A stretch of 56,625 bases of DNA from NCBI GenBank assembly GCA_964573815.1, contig CAZNMJ010000001.1, positions 1 through 56,625 on the forward strand, read 5' to 3'. Both the position numbers and the translations under genes were made by a program. Source of the stretch: an uncultured Anaerolineales bacterium (GTDB taxonomy: Bacteria; Chloroflexota; Anaerolineae; UBA7937; B3-Chlor). The notes beneath the pieces were generated by a model that was not told the DNA's origin, searched no databases, and saw nothing but the letters and a program-made list of their open reading frames with translations. This document shows, in pieces, positions 41,390-49,892 of this stretch (the first letter of the stretch is position 1; the number at the start of each line of letters is the position of its first letter).

Positions 41390-42033
41390 TCCGTCGCTCC
41401 CGCATCATCCAGTCGATCTATCATGTAAAGGTCGCAGAGGTGGTTCGCCTTGATTGGCCCCCTTACGTCGCCATAGCCCGCAAACAACGCCCTGATCTCC
41501 TCAGGGTCAAAGTCCCAGTGGTGCTCACTTCGGTGTTCCGCCAGCGACAAGACGCCGCACCTGGGAACCGTCACGACGATGCGTTTACGTGCCAATGCGA
41601 CAGCGACCTCCGCCAGTTCCCGCGGCTCCAGCTCATGCTCTAGCAGCTCCAAGAGGTATACCGTATCCCATTGTCCTGCCTGTGAGCCTTCGCGCCAATC
41701 TCGGCATTCTAGCTCCGCTTGCGCAGCCTTCGGAATAATGGCCGTGTCAATCGCGCTCTGCGCGTAGTCCCAGCCCGTGTAGTGCACGTTAGGGAAAGCC
41801 TCAAACAGCGACAACCCTAGCCCGCCTTGGCCGCAGCCTATATCCAACGCAGTGTTGCCAACCTGACGGGCCGCCGCCGCTCGGTAGCGGTTGACATTGC
41901 TCGCATTTCGTGTTGGGTATTCCCCGCGTTCATAGAGACCGCGCCAATACTGCTCCGAGTTCACAGTGCTCTCTGCTATGAGTGGCATTACGGACCTGCC
42001 CTCAGCAATCTCATGCCGCCGCCAATGCTTCAT
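41386..42033 (-). CDS. Class I SAM-dependent methyltransferase
   Basis: Motif I ALDIGCGQGGLG. Alternative ATG at 41988. Confidence 0.7.
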   Translation of the reverse strand: MKHWRRHEIAEGRSVMPLIAESTVNSEQYWRGLYERGEYPTRNASNVNRYRAAAARQVGNTALDIGCGQGGLGLSLFEAFPNVHYTGWDYAQSAIDTAIIPKAAQAELECRDWREGSQAGQWDTVYLLELLEHELEPRELAEVAVALARKRIVVTVPRCGVLSLAEHRSEHHWDFDPEEIRALFAGYGDVRGPIKANHLCDLYMIDRLDDAGATE

Positions 42034-42043
42034 CAGTCAAAAG

Positions 42044-42610
42044 CTAAAGTAGTTTCCCTACCCATGCCATTCTTCGGTGATGGCTTCGACAATCCATTGG
42101 CCGCAATGTGTCGGGATCAAGTTCGAACTTCAGAATCGCCAATAACTTTTCTACATCTATTTTCATTCTGTCCCAGCGAATCCATTCGGAGTCTTCTGGT
42201 CCTTGTCCCGAAAATTGCAAAAGATGATTGCCAAAGTGCCTTACCCACACCCTACACCGATTCATTTTGGAGTAAACTCTACATGGGCCTGTTCCATATT
42301 GATACCTTAACTCCTTGGTGGGTGTTTGTCGCCGATTCCTTATTAGTTGGTTCTCAATGAGTATGGTATCGTGTTGGCTTTCTGTAAGATCAGCCCCGTT
42401 GGTTTTGATTTCGATGTTCATCATAAACTGGAAAGCACGGCCTTTCTCGGTGTGAAACTTATGCCAACGCAGATCGTGGTCATTGGCCGTATATCCTACT
42501 TTACTGCGCAGTTCGGGATGATTGCGCACCCAACGCCCAAAGGCCGTTTCTATCGTTACTTCTTTGCCACAGTGTGGACATTCCATACGCTCGTTATATG
42601 CGCGCGTCAT
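42044..42610 (-). CDS. Zn-ribbon plus PD-(D/E)XK-like nuclease candidate (188 aa)
   Basis: CPHCGKE at the N-terminus. HD...(19 aa)...IEIK resembles a D-(D/E)xK motif. Clearly AT-richer than its surroundings. The start overlaps the methyltransferase 3' end by 17 nt. Confidence 0.35.
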   Translation of the reverse strand: MTRAYNERMECPHCGKEVTIETAFGRWVRNHPELRSKVGYTANDHDLRWHKFHTEKGRAFQFMMNIEIKTNGADLTESQHDTILIENQLIRNRRQTPTKELRYQYGTGPCRVYSKMNRCRVWVRHFGNHLLQFSGQGPEDSEWIRWDRMKIDVEKLLAILKFELDPDTLRPMDCRSHHRRMAWVGKLL

Positions 42611-43793
42611 TCACTCGACTCCGAGCGAGGGCCGCGGTTTCGGGATCTGTCTCAAATCCCCAATAGTTGCGATTCAGGCGCTTTGCTGCTATCAAAGTAG
42701 TACCGGAGCCGCAAAAAGGATCGAGCACCAAACCACCTCGCGGGCATAATGAAGCAATAAAATGAGCCGCTTCTGCTTCTGCCTGCTGCCATTCGTGCGA
42801 TTCCTTTTCCTTTCCTCCACTGGTCATATCTGAGAACCAGTTCCACCAAGCTGTAAGTGGTGGTTTGTAGTATGCAAGAACGGGTTTCCATGCATTGTGA
42901 AGATGGTATTTTCTGAATCGAAGCTCACCACCCGTGTGACGGATGGCGAACGTCCACATGTAATCGAGGTGGGAATAGAGAGCGGCATAGATCTCTGGGA
43001 GCGAATGCTGGCCGCTGTAGGCGAGACATATACTGCCTGGTTTCAAGACCCTGGAAGCGAAAAGCGACAATGCCTCATAGAGTTCCAGAGAATCGTCGCT
43101 ATAAGGAGGGTCCGTTAGGATCAGATCAACCGAATCATTCTCTAGCACATCGCCGACTTCCCGGAAATCGCCCTCAACGATGGAAGAGTCCACTGGCGCA
43201 TTCTCGATCATCTCCTGACGTTTCCGAGCCGCCTCTTGCCGCTTTCGCTCCTGATTCGCCACGCGACTGACATGCGCTTGACTGATCTTGAACTCGGCGG
43301 CGATTTCTTCCTGCGTCTTTTCGCCCGCCTCAGCCATCTCAAAGAGGGCCTCTTTCCCCTCCGGCCTCAGTTTCTGGCGAGAATCGGTTGGTCTATACCT
43401 AATACCAACTTTGGTATTAGGTATAGAAAGCCAATAGCCCACAGTTTGTTGCGCCACTCCCAGCAGTTTGCCGATCTCGGTCTGCGTCTTGCCTTCCGCG
43501 TTCAGTTCCAGAGCCACTTCTTTCATCTGCTTACGAAGCGCCGATTTTTGTTCAGGACTAAGATTCCGACGCACGAAGTTAGCTCGATAGGCGAACGCCT
43601 TCTTCTCGGCCTGGGTCAGGCCAGTGATAACGCGCCGTGGGCAATCCGGCTGAATCTTGGCGCGATGGTGCCCGTCTAATATCGCGCCGTCCTCGTCAAC
43701 CCATATCGGGTCTCGGACACCATTGAGATCAATATCCGCCTTCAGGGCCGCAAACTCATCCGTAGAGAGCTCGGGCAAAAGCTCGAAGATCAT
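42594..43793 (-). CDS. ParB-like nuclease domain / HTH / N6-adenine DNA methyltransferase fusion
   Basis: N-terminal GVRDPIWVDEDGAILDGHHR (ParB-N). HTH EIGKLLGVAQQTVGYW. Motif IV LILTDPPY. Motif I VLDPFCGSGTTLIAA. ATG 43793 overlaps the upstream TGA. Confidence 0.8.
   Translation of the reverse strand: MIFELLPELSTDEFAALKADIDLNGVRDPIWVDEDGAILDGHHRAKIQPDCPRRVITGLTQAEKKAFAYRANFVRRNLSPEQKSALRKQMKEVALELNAEGKTQTEIGKLLGVAQQTVGYWLSIPNTKVGIRYRPTDSRQKLRPEGKEALFEMAEAGEKTQEEIAAEFKISQAHVSRVANQERKRQEAARKRQEMIENAPVDSSIVEGDFREVGDVLENDSVDLILTDPPYSDDSLELYEALSLFASRVLKPGSICLAYSGQHSLPEIYAALYSHLDYMWTFAIRHTGGELRFRKYHLHNAWKPVLAYYKPPLTAWWNWFSDMTSGGKEKESHEWQQAEAEAAHFIASLCPRGGLVLDPFCGSGTTLIAAKRLNRNYWGFETDPETAALARSRVNDARI
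43392..43427. repeat. Perfect 36-bp palindrome: 17-bp arms TCTATACCTAATACCAA / TTGGTATTAGGTATAGA around a central CT
   Basis: Read directly. AT-rich. Lies in frame (12 codons, LSIPNTKVGIRY) inside the ParB-methyltransferase gene, just after its HTH. Confidence 0.9.
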
Positions 43794-45046
43794 CACGGAC
43801 CCGCCCTCAGCAATCTCGCCCGCCAGAGGCGTATCTGCTTCTTCGATAGCCACGGCGTGGGGGCATAGATTTGATGCATCTGGGGCCCTACCTTGGGCTG
43901 CTCGGCCAGCCAGCCTTCCTCGCTCGCCAGTCGCCAAAGCTCAGTGCCCGGCTCCGTCGTGCATATCGTCACCTGACACCATTGCACCAATTCCTGCGCA
44001 ACGACCTTCCTGAACCGTTTCTCGGTGTAGGCCAGATCCCGTGGAGTCTCTTTGTAGCTGCCCACCATGAGAAACACCCAGTTCCCGATGCCTGCATCAT
44101 GAGCGAGACGGAGTGAGTGCCAGATATCCTCTTCTGTAGTGCCCTTCTTGATGTCCGCCAACACCTTGTCCGAGAAGGACTCAACACCCCACATGATGGC
44201 CCGACAGCCCGCCTTGCGCATCGTGACCAGCGTTTGCTTATCGTTCCTTACGGAGCAACGCCCCTGGCACTTCCAGGTCAATCCCAACGGCGCGATCTCG
44301 GCGCAGACGCCGCGCAGCCAACCGTTGTGCTTCTCGCCCACGCCCACCAATTCATCGTCGTAAATGAAGACTGAGCGGATGCCCAAGGACTTCAAGTCGG
44401 CCATGTCGGCTTTGATTCTGTCCGCTGGACGCATCCTGATGCGCTGATGTGTGAAGATGGGATTCCCACAGAAGATGCAATCGTGGGGACACCCCCGCGA
44501 CCACATGCTGATACCTTCCGGGTGCCCTATCTTCGGTTGGTTGCCCGCATAGGCGCGTGGCGCGGGCGAATGAGTCCTCCACAATGGGCCCGGGATGTCC
44601 TCGATGGGCATAGGCTTTCCCCGCACCACGTCGCGCCGCCGCTCCCCGAAAATCTCCGCGATGTTGCCCTCGCACTCGCCAACCACTGCCACGTCCGCGC
44701 CCCAATCGAGCTTGGGCTCGGGATCGAGAGTAACATCCGGCCCGCCGACGGCGATATAGCCCTCGTAGCGAGCCTTGTATAACGCTTCGATGCACTCCCG
44801 CGCGCCTCTGCGGTTATGGGACGTGACGGTGAATCCCACGACTTCGGGCTGTGAGGCTGGAGCATCTGCGAACATCGCCCCAAGCCGCCTAGGCGACACC
44901 CCCATTGCCTCCAGGTCCCACACCCGGACCTGATGCCCCGCGTTCTGCAGCACGGCAGCGATGATCGGAAGACCTAGCGCCGGATTCAAGCGATAATGCA
45001 CCTTCGCGTAATGGTGGATGGGCGGATTGAACAAATGGATTTTCAT
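43793..45046 (-). CDS. B12-binding radical SAM enzyme (class B, methylase-like)
   Basis: N-terminal Rossmann-like MKIHLFNPP...LGLPIIAAVLQNAGHQVRVWD. SRGCPHDCIFCGNP (CX3CX2C). Confidence 0.7.
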   Translation of the reverse strand: MKIHLFNPPIHHYAKVHYRLNPALGLPIIAAVLQNAGHQVRVWDLEAMGVSPRRLGAMFADAPASQPEVVGFTVTSHNRRGARECIEALYKARYEGYIAVGGPDVTLDPEPKLDWGADVAVVGECEGNIAEIFGERRRDVVRGKPMPIEDIPGPLWRTHSPAPRAYAGNQPKIGHPEGISMWSRGCPHDCIFCGNPIFTHQRIRMRPADRIKADMADLKSLGIRSVFIYDDELVGVGEKHNGWLRGVCAEIAPLGLTWKCQGRCSVRNDKQTLVTMRKAGCRAIMWGVESFSDKVLADIKKGTTEEDIWHSLRLAHDAGIGNWVFLMVGSYKETPRDLAYTEKRFRKVVAQELVQWCQVTICTTEPGTELWRLASEEGWLAEQPKVGPQMHQIYAPTPWLSKKQIRLWRARLLRAGP

Positions 45047-45843
45047 CACTCGCTCATTCTGCAAGTATTCACATGTAGGCGGTCTGCCGGAATGTGGGAT
45101 TGACACAAGTCCAAGAGACGTTGCGGGGAATAACCCATCTGAGCCAGCCTGGAGCTGGTGTGGAACTCTCCGACCAGATAGTCTACTTTGCTCAGCAACT
45201 CACCCGCAGACTCAAGTATCTCGTATTCGGCACCCTCGCAGTCTATCTTGAGCAATTTGCACCGATCTATCTCCAGGTTGGTGAAGATCTGCTTCAAGGT
45301 CACCGACTTGACTTTGCGGGCCCTGCCATTGCCTCCAGCATAAGCTGATACTCCACCGCTGTTCTGGCTCATATTCCCACGCAACCGCAGAGGACGCCCG
45401 TTCCCGCTCACGGCCAACCGAAAGGCCTTGACGTTGGTAACGGCGTTGACCTTGACATTCCTCTCCAGGTTGGCGAAATTCTCCCGCACCGGCTCGAAAG
45501 CGTAAATTCGCGTCCCTGGCCAACACTTTGCCAGATAGATCGACACGATACCTACGTGCGCGCCAATGTCGAGGATCACATCTCCGTCCTGGGCGGTGAA
45601 CCCGTCCAGTTTGTAGGAATCAACCACTTCGCGCATGATGATTTTCGCCACTCCGCCACAGGCATCATCCTCGATGTCCAAGGTATGAGCACCGACCCGT
45701 GAGGAGTAGATTCCGTCTATGACTCTTGCTCGACACAGGGCCGCCTCACAATCCGGGCGTCTACAGGGAAGGTGCAACTGGCCGTCTATGTACAAGCCGG
45801 TGGAGGCCCAATCATGACCTAGCACTTCACAGTTGGGGTTCAT
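45046..45843 (-). CDS. FkbM-family methyltransferase
   Basis: ILDIGAHVGIVSIY...IYAFEP...LLKIDCEGAEYEILE (expected PF05050). Confidence 0.7.
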   Translation of the reverse strand: MNPNCEVLGHDWASTGLYIDGQLHLPCRRPDCEAALCRARVIDGIYSSRVGAHTLDIEDDACGGVAKIIMREVVDSYKLDGFTAQDGDVILDIGAHVGIVSIYLAKCWPGTRIYAFEPVRENFANLERNVKVNAVTNVKAFRLAVSGNGRPLRLRGNMSQNSGGVSAYAGGNGRARKVKSVTLKQIFTNLEIDRCKLLKIDCEGAEYEILESAGELLSKVDYLVGEFHTSSRLAQMGYSPQRLLDLCQSHIPADRLHVNTCRMSE

Positions 45844-47032
45844 CAGCCTCCCCCCAAGCGTCTTCCAAGCTCACCGCTTCAAGCTCACCGCCCTCTTCGA
45901 TCTCAGCTTCGATTGCCTCTAGCACTGGCTTCCAGTACTTCTCGGTCACAAGGTCGGCATCATAGTGCAGTGCCCCCTCACGCGCCTTCTCGCGCAACCG
46001 CCGGCTGCCCTTGGCGTTGTAGGCCTTCTCTAGCGCGGACAGTATCGAGTTGATGAACGGGACGTACTGCCACGCAGCCATGTTGGGATTCCAGAAGGGT
46101 TGCCCACGAACCTTCCAGCCCGCGAAGCAGAGCTCGGGCATACTGGTCCAGCTACCCACGATGACGGGTGTGCCGCAAGCTTGCGCTTCTAGAATAGGCA
46201 AACCGAATCCCTCGCCCATCGATGGATTCACCAGGACATCCGCGGCGTTGTACAAATCCACCATGTAATGGTCGTCGTAGCCCAACCCCACTGTATTGCG
46301 GAACGGGTCTGCGAAGGCTACTTGCTGACCGGGGATCCCCAACTTCTCGATCAGCACCTTCAGATCAGCACCGGCCATTTCACCGCCGAAGTGCGTGTGC
46401 ATGTACAGCACCGCCTCATCGTGCCGATCAGTGAACTTCTTCCAGGCTGCCAGCACCTCCCCGAAAGACTTGCGGCTGGGCCAACCCTTGTTGGCTGCCA
46501 CCATCACGGCCAGGAAACCGTCCCCAGGGAGGCCAAACTTCTTCCGTGCTTCTGCCTTGTCCCGCGGCTTGTACACATCGGTCTCGATACCGTGCGGGAC
46601 ATAGACGGGATCGAGTCCGGCTTCCTGGACCTCTTTGTATCCAAAGCGGCTGTAAGTGATGGGCTGCCAAGCAGTCGAAATCGCCTGCCTTACCGGCTCC
46701 GCCAATGGTTTGTGATCGATGGGGGCCCAAGGGCACCAACGAAACTGGCTGGTTACCTGGTTCATGAACGGCCAAGCATCGTAAAGCGTGATCACTATGT
46801 CCGCCTTGGTGTGCTTGGCATAGTCTACCAACACGTCGTTGCCGTGCCGATCAATGCCCAGCGGATAGATCCGAGAATGCTCGCCCAACTCCAGCGGGCT
46901 TCCGCCCAAGCCGTAGCTGGCCCCCAAGACCACCTCGTGCCCAAGTGCAACGATACGCGGCACGAAGATGCGTGTCTGCGTACCGTAGCCCGTTCGCGCC
47001 CAGGGCGCGTTGCTCCACCAAAAGATTCTCAC
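45827..47032 (-). CDS. Glycosyltransferase, GT-B fold (GT1/GT4-like)
   Basis: VLVNPSMGEGFGLPILEAQACGTPVIV motif. The GTG start overlaps the upstream stop (GTGA). Confidence 0.7.
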   Translation of the reverse strand: MRIFWWSNAPWARTGYGTQTRIFVPRIVALGHEVVLGASYGLGGSPLELGEHSRIYPLGIDRHGNDVLVDYAKHTKADIVITLYDAWPFMNQVTSQFRWCPWAPIDHKPLAEPVRQAISTAWQPITYSRFGYKEVQEAGLDPVYVPHGIETDVYKPRDKAEARKKFGLPGDGFLAVMVAANKGWPSRKSFGEVLAAWKKFTDRHDEAVLYMHTHFGGEMAGADLKVLIEKLGIPGQQVAFADPFRNTVGLGYDDHYMVDLYNAADVLVNPSMGEGFGLPILEAQACGTPVIVGSWTSMPELCFAGWKVRGQPFWNPNMAAWQYVPFINSILSALEKAYNAKGSRRLREKAREGALHYDADLVTEKYWKPVLEAIEAEIEEGGELEAVSLEDAWGEADEPQL

Positions 47033-47220
47033 TTGGCTTCCTCCTTGCCCTCAAGAGCGGCCCGAAGGAAGTTCCACAGATTCGTGTAGTCTATCTTCGC
47101 ACCGACCTCTTTGACGCCCCCTTGCAGCTTGGCGGCCAAGCAACGCAACGCCTCAAAGTTGCGCTCGTCGAGACGCACTATCACTTGGCGCGTTTCTGGT
47201 GTGTAACCCAAGTATTCCAT
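47029..47220 (-). CDS. Hypothetical protein (63 aa), first gene of the sugar island
   Basis: ORF with GGAGGATAAAGG upstream. Confidence 0.5.
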   Translation of the reverse strand: MEYLGYTPETRQVIVRLDERNFEALRCLAAKLQGGVKEVGAKIDYTNLWNFLRAALEGKEEAK

Positions 47221-47258
47221 TTTGCCTTTATCCTCCTGTCAGGCTACTCCTCCAGTGA

Positions 47259-47316
47259 GCGGCGGGCAAGGGTGGAGGATGGACCCTGTTTCGGCTCTAG
47301 TGGCCTAGCCCGCCGC
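47259..47316 (-). other. Long hairpin (GCGGCGGGC ... GCCCGCCGC with an inner AGGGT/ACCCT stem) between the decoration-like gene and the sugar island
   Basis: A 9-bp GC stem read directly. No U-tract. Contains the CCTAGCCC word also repeated at 49900..50116. Confidence 0.35.
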
Positions 47317-47325
47317 AAGAACTTT

Positions 47326-47739
47326 CTACGCTCCCACCCCGGACACGTAAGTGAAACTCACGGTCCAGGTCAACCCCGCCACGGTCCCGGACTCGTCGTA
47401 CTTGAGTACCAGGTAGTCGCCCGCATCCAGAGTGCCTTCCGAGATCGTAAAGTTCTGAGGAGTCGCCACCTCCCATGCGGGGAAAGTGCCGCCCGCATCA
47501 GTGCCGCCCATAGGCGAACCCACGGTGCCTGTGCCCGTCGCGTCAGAGCCCCCGTCCAACAGGGTGACCTCGACGCCGTTGACAGTGCCAGCCGCCAACG
47601 CGGTGTTGGTGCTGATCCACGCCTCAAGAATCTCTACCTTGGTGAGTTCCGCAGGAACCCGCCACATCGGGAAGGATTCGTCCTCGGTGGGGTCAGAGAA
47701 CGTGAAGGTTACCGAATACTGAACGTCTCTTCCGAACAT
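47326..47739 (-). CDS. Capsid-associated (decoration-like) protein candidate (137 aa)
   Basis: Immediately follows the major capsid gene. Beta-rich with Gly/Thr-rich loops. Confidence 0.4.
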   Translation of the reverse strand: MFGRDVQYSVTFTFSDPTEDESFPMWRVPAELTKVEILEAWISTNTALAAGTVNGVEVTLLDGGSDATGTGTVGSPMGGTDAGGTFPAWEVATPQNFTISEGTLDAGDYLVLKYDESGTVAGLTWTVSFTYVSGVGA

Positions 47740-47752
47740 TTCTCTATACCCC

Positions 47753-48604
47753 CTAGCTCACCGTCTGTGCGTCATGGACGATGTAGACGCCCCACTTGGG
47801 CCGCCATACGCCATGCGCGTACATCATGGTCAGGTTCAGTTCCCACGCTCGCTTGCTGGCGTCGCGCTCCGGCTCAAGCCGAATGTCGCGCCGCAAGTCG
47901 TAGGCGATGGCCATCGGGTTGAAGATGGCGCTGTAGCCATCATTCCCGGACTCCTCGCAGTTGCCACTGATGAAGATGTCCACGCCCGCCGCCGTGCCCA
48001 CGTACCAGCGCCGCATCACGTCGTTCTGGAACTCCGGGGCGTTGGTCACCGTCGCCGCCACGGCCGCTGCTTCGGCCATATAGTGCCAGCAGTACGGGTG
48101 CAACACGGCGTACCAGGGCCGGGGAACCTTATTCTTGCGCATGATGCTGATGGCCGCGTAGAAGTATCCCCAAGTCATGGTCGAGCCGCTCGCCCCCACG
48201 CTTCCGCCGGTCAGCGAGTCGAAGTTTCCCAGGATGTCCTGATCCACGAGATCGGCCATGCCCGCGCCCATCTCGATGGCCGCGTCCTGCCGAGCGTTCT
48301 GAGGATCCGTCTCCATGCGCCTATCGGTCAAGATCACCTGACTCATCTTCTCCGCAGGGGTCAGAGTCGCCAGGAGCGTCTTGTCCATGCGCGTCGGGGC
48401 GGCGAAGTCCTCGGTCTCCTCGACGGCCGCCGGCGTGATGGTCGGGTATTCGGTGAGAGAACGGGTCTGGTCGCCACGCCCGTCAGTGTAGGTACGCACC
48501 AGGCGAGTGGCGATCGTGCCCTCGTGGAGGGCGAACACCGCGTCCTCATAGATGTTGTTGAAGTAGCTGTTGAGATCAGCTACCCGAGAGTAGCCTACGG
48601 TCAT
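47753..48604 (-). CDS. Major capsid protein (HK97-fold expected)
   Basis: 283 aa, directly after the scaffold gene. Its composition and position are typical. Confidence 0.7.
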   Translation of the reverse strand: MTVGYSRVADLNSYFNNIYEDAVFALHEGTIATRLVRTYTDGRGDQTRSLTEYPTITPAAVEETEDFAAPTRMDKTLLATLTPAEKMSQVILTDRRMETDPQNARQDAAIEMGAGMADLVDQDILGNFDSLTGGSVGASGSTMTWGYFYAAISIMRKNKVPRPWYAVLHPYCWHYMAEAAAVAATVTNAPEFQNDVMRRWYVGTAAGVDIFISGNCEESGNDGYSAIFNPMAIAYDLRRDIRLEPERDASKRAWELNLTMMYAHGVWRPKWGVYIVHDAQTVS

Positions 48605-48612
48605 GTCTCACC

Positions 48613-49320
48613 TCATTTGAGTTCGGGCATGAACACGCCTCCCCCGTGCTTGCCGAAGAGTGTCTCGCCCGTGCCGTACAATCGCGCCCGCTTCTGTGCG
48701 TCCGTTTCGCCCGTTTGAGCTCCACGTCCGAGGTTGGTCGGGCTGAATGTCGGCGTGCCGCGCAACAGGTGCGGCTTGGCCTCCCCCAGCTTCTTCAAAG
48801 CATCCTCTAGCCCCTCCACCTTGCCCTCATCGTTCAGGGTCAGTTCGGAGAGATCGAGAAGCTTGTACGCATCGTCCGGATCGATAAACTCTTGCCGCGT
48901 CGCCTCGGCCACCACCGCCATGCGGAGCAGCGTATCCACGCGCTGCTGCTCCAGAACAGCTTTGTCCGCCTGCAAGGCGGCCAACTGCTCTCCGAGTTTG
49001 TCCTTCTCGGCCTGCTGTTCCTGCTGCAAGGTCTCGATGCGCTCGGAGAGCTTTTCCATCTCGCTCTTCTCGGCGTCCTCGAGTTCTTGCAGCTTGGCGG
49101 CCTTGGCTTTGAGCTCGTCGTAGTCGGCGAAGCCCTCTAGCTGCCCCGCTTTCTCTTTGAGCTCATCGTAGTCGGCGAACTTCTGCTCGACGCGAGCGAT
49201 CCGCTCCCGGACGATACGATTCAGTTCGTCCTGGGTGAAGACCTTCCCGGGATCCTGGCCACCCGTTTGATCCTGGTCGGTGCCAGTGCCAGTCACATCC
49301 GTGCCTTCCTGCGTTGCCAT
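48613..49320 (-). CDS. Capsid scaffolding protein
   Basis: FTQDELNRIVRERIARVEQKF followed by a long acidic coiled coil (GP20/DUF4355-type pattern). Confidence 0.7.
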   Translation of the reverse strand: MATQEGTDVTGTGTDQDQTGGQDPGKVFTQDELNRIVRERIARVEQKFADYDELKEKAGQLEGFADYDELKAKAAKLQELEDAEKSEMEKLSERIETLQQEQQAEKDKLGEQLAALQADKAVLEQQRVDTLLRMAVVAEATRQEFIDPDDAYKLLDLSELTLNDEGKVEGLEDALKKLGEAKPHLLRGTPTFSPTNLGRGAQTGETDAQKRARLYGTGETLFGKHGGGVFMPELK

Positions 49321-49361
49321 TTCCTTTGCCTCCGAGTTGATCCGGCCTCGTGCCGTGATAT

Positions 49362-49414
49362 GAAAAAAGGCCGCTTTCCCATGAGGCTCTTGCGGCTCTC
49401 ATGCAAAAAGCGGC
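49362..49414 (-). terminator. Rho-independent terminator on the minus strand upstream of the scaffold gene
   Basis: Outer stem GCCGCTTT/AAAGCGGC (49407-14 / 49370-77) encloses the inner stem CATGAG/CTCATG. It is followed on the minus strand by a T6 run (plus-strand A-run 49363..49368). Confidence 0.55.
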
Positions 49415-49444
49415 GCTCCTAACCTAGGGCTGCCTATTCGATTG

Positions 49445-49561
49445 CTATGTCTTGCGTCTCAGTTCCGCCGTTCTTGGCTCTATCTTGCAGAATCTCTCGA
49501 TGGCGTCTACGATCTGCAATAACGCCTGACGTATCGCCAACCACAACACGCGGTCGCTCAT
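49445..49561 (-). CDS. 38-aa ORF (MSDRVLWLAIRQALLQIVDAIERFCKIEPRTAELRRKT)
   Basis: ATG at 49561 overlaps the upstream stop (ATGA). Confidence 0.35.
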   Translation of the reverse strand: MSDRVLWLAIRQALLQIVDAIERFCKIEPRTAELRRKT

Positions 49562-49866
49562 CCCTTCGGCTCCACTATCAGCAGTATCCGCGATTTCGGG
49601 TCCCAACCAACACCAATCCAATCGTTGTCCGCAAATCCGATCTTGTACCACGGGATCTGCTCGCGCTCCAATGGCACAACTGGAGGCCCTTGAGTGTCCA
49701 TAACAGGCTCCTCAAAACCCCTCGGCAATGTTGGCCGCGGACCCCGCAACAAAATCATGTTTTCAGGAGTGTCAGTCACGTAGACTTGTACCGGTTCCTC
49801 CACGATATCCGGCCAACGCGCTCGGGCCATCGCCCCAGCAAAAACCAACTTAGCCTTTTGGTTCAT
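49558..49866 (-). CDS. Hypothetical protein (102 aa)
   Basis: ORF in the head module. No motif recognised. Confidence 0.5.
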   Translation of the reverse strand: MNQKAKLVFAGAMARARWPDIVEEPVQVYVTDTPENMILLRGPRPTLPRGFEEPVMDTQGPPVVPLEREQIPWYKIGFADNDWIGVGWDPKSRILLIVEPKG

Positions 49867-49892
49867 CTCCGGCCTTGTCCATCAATGCAAAC

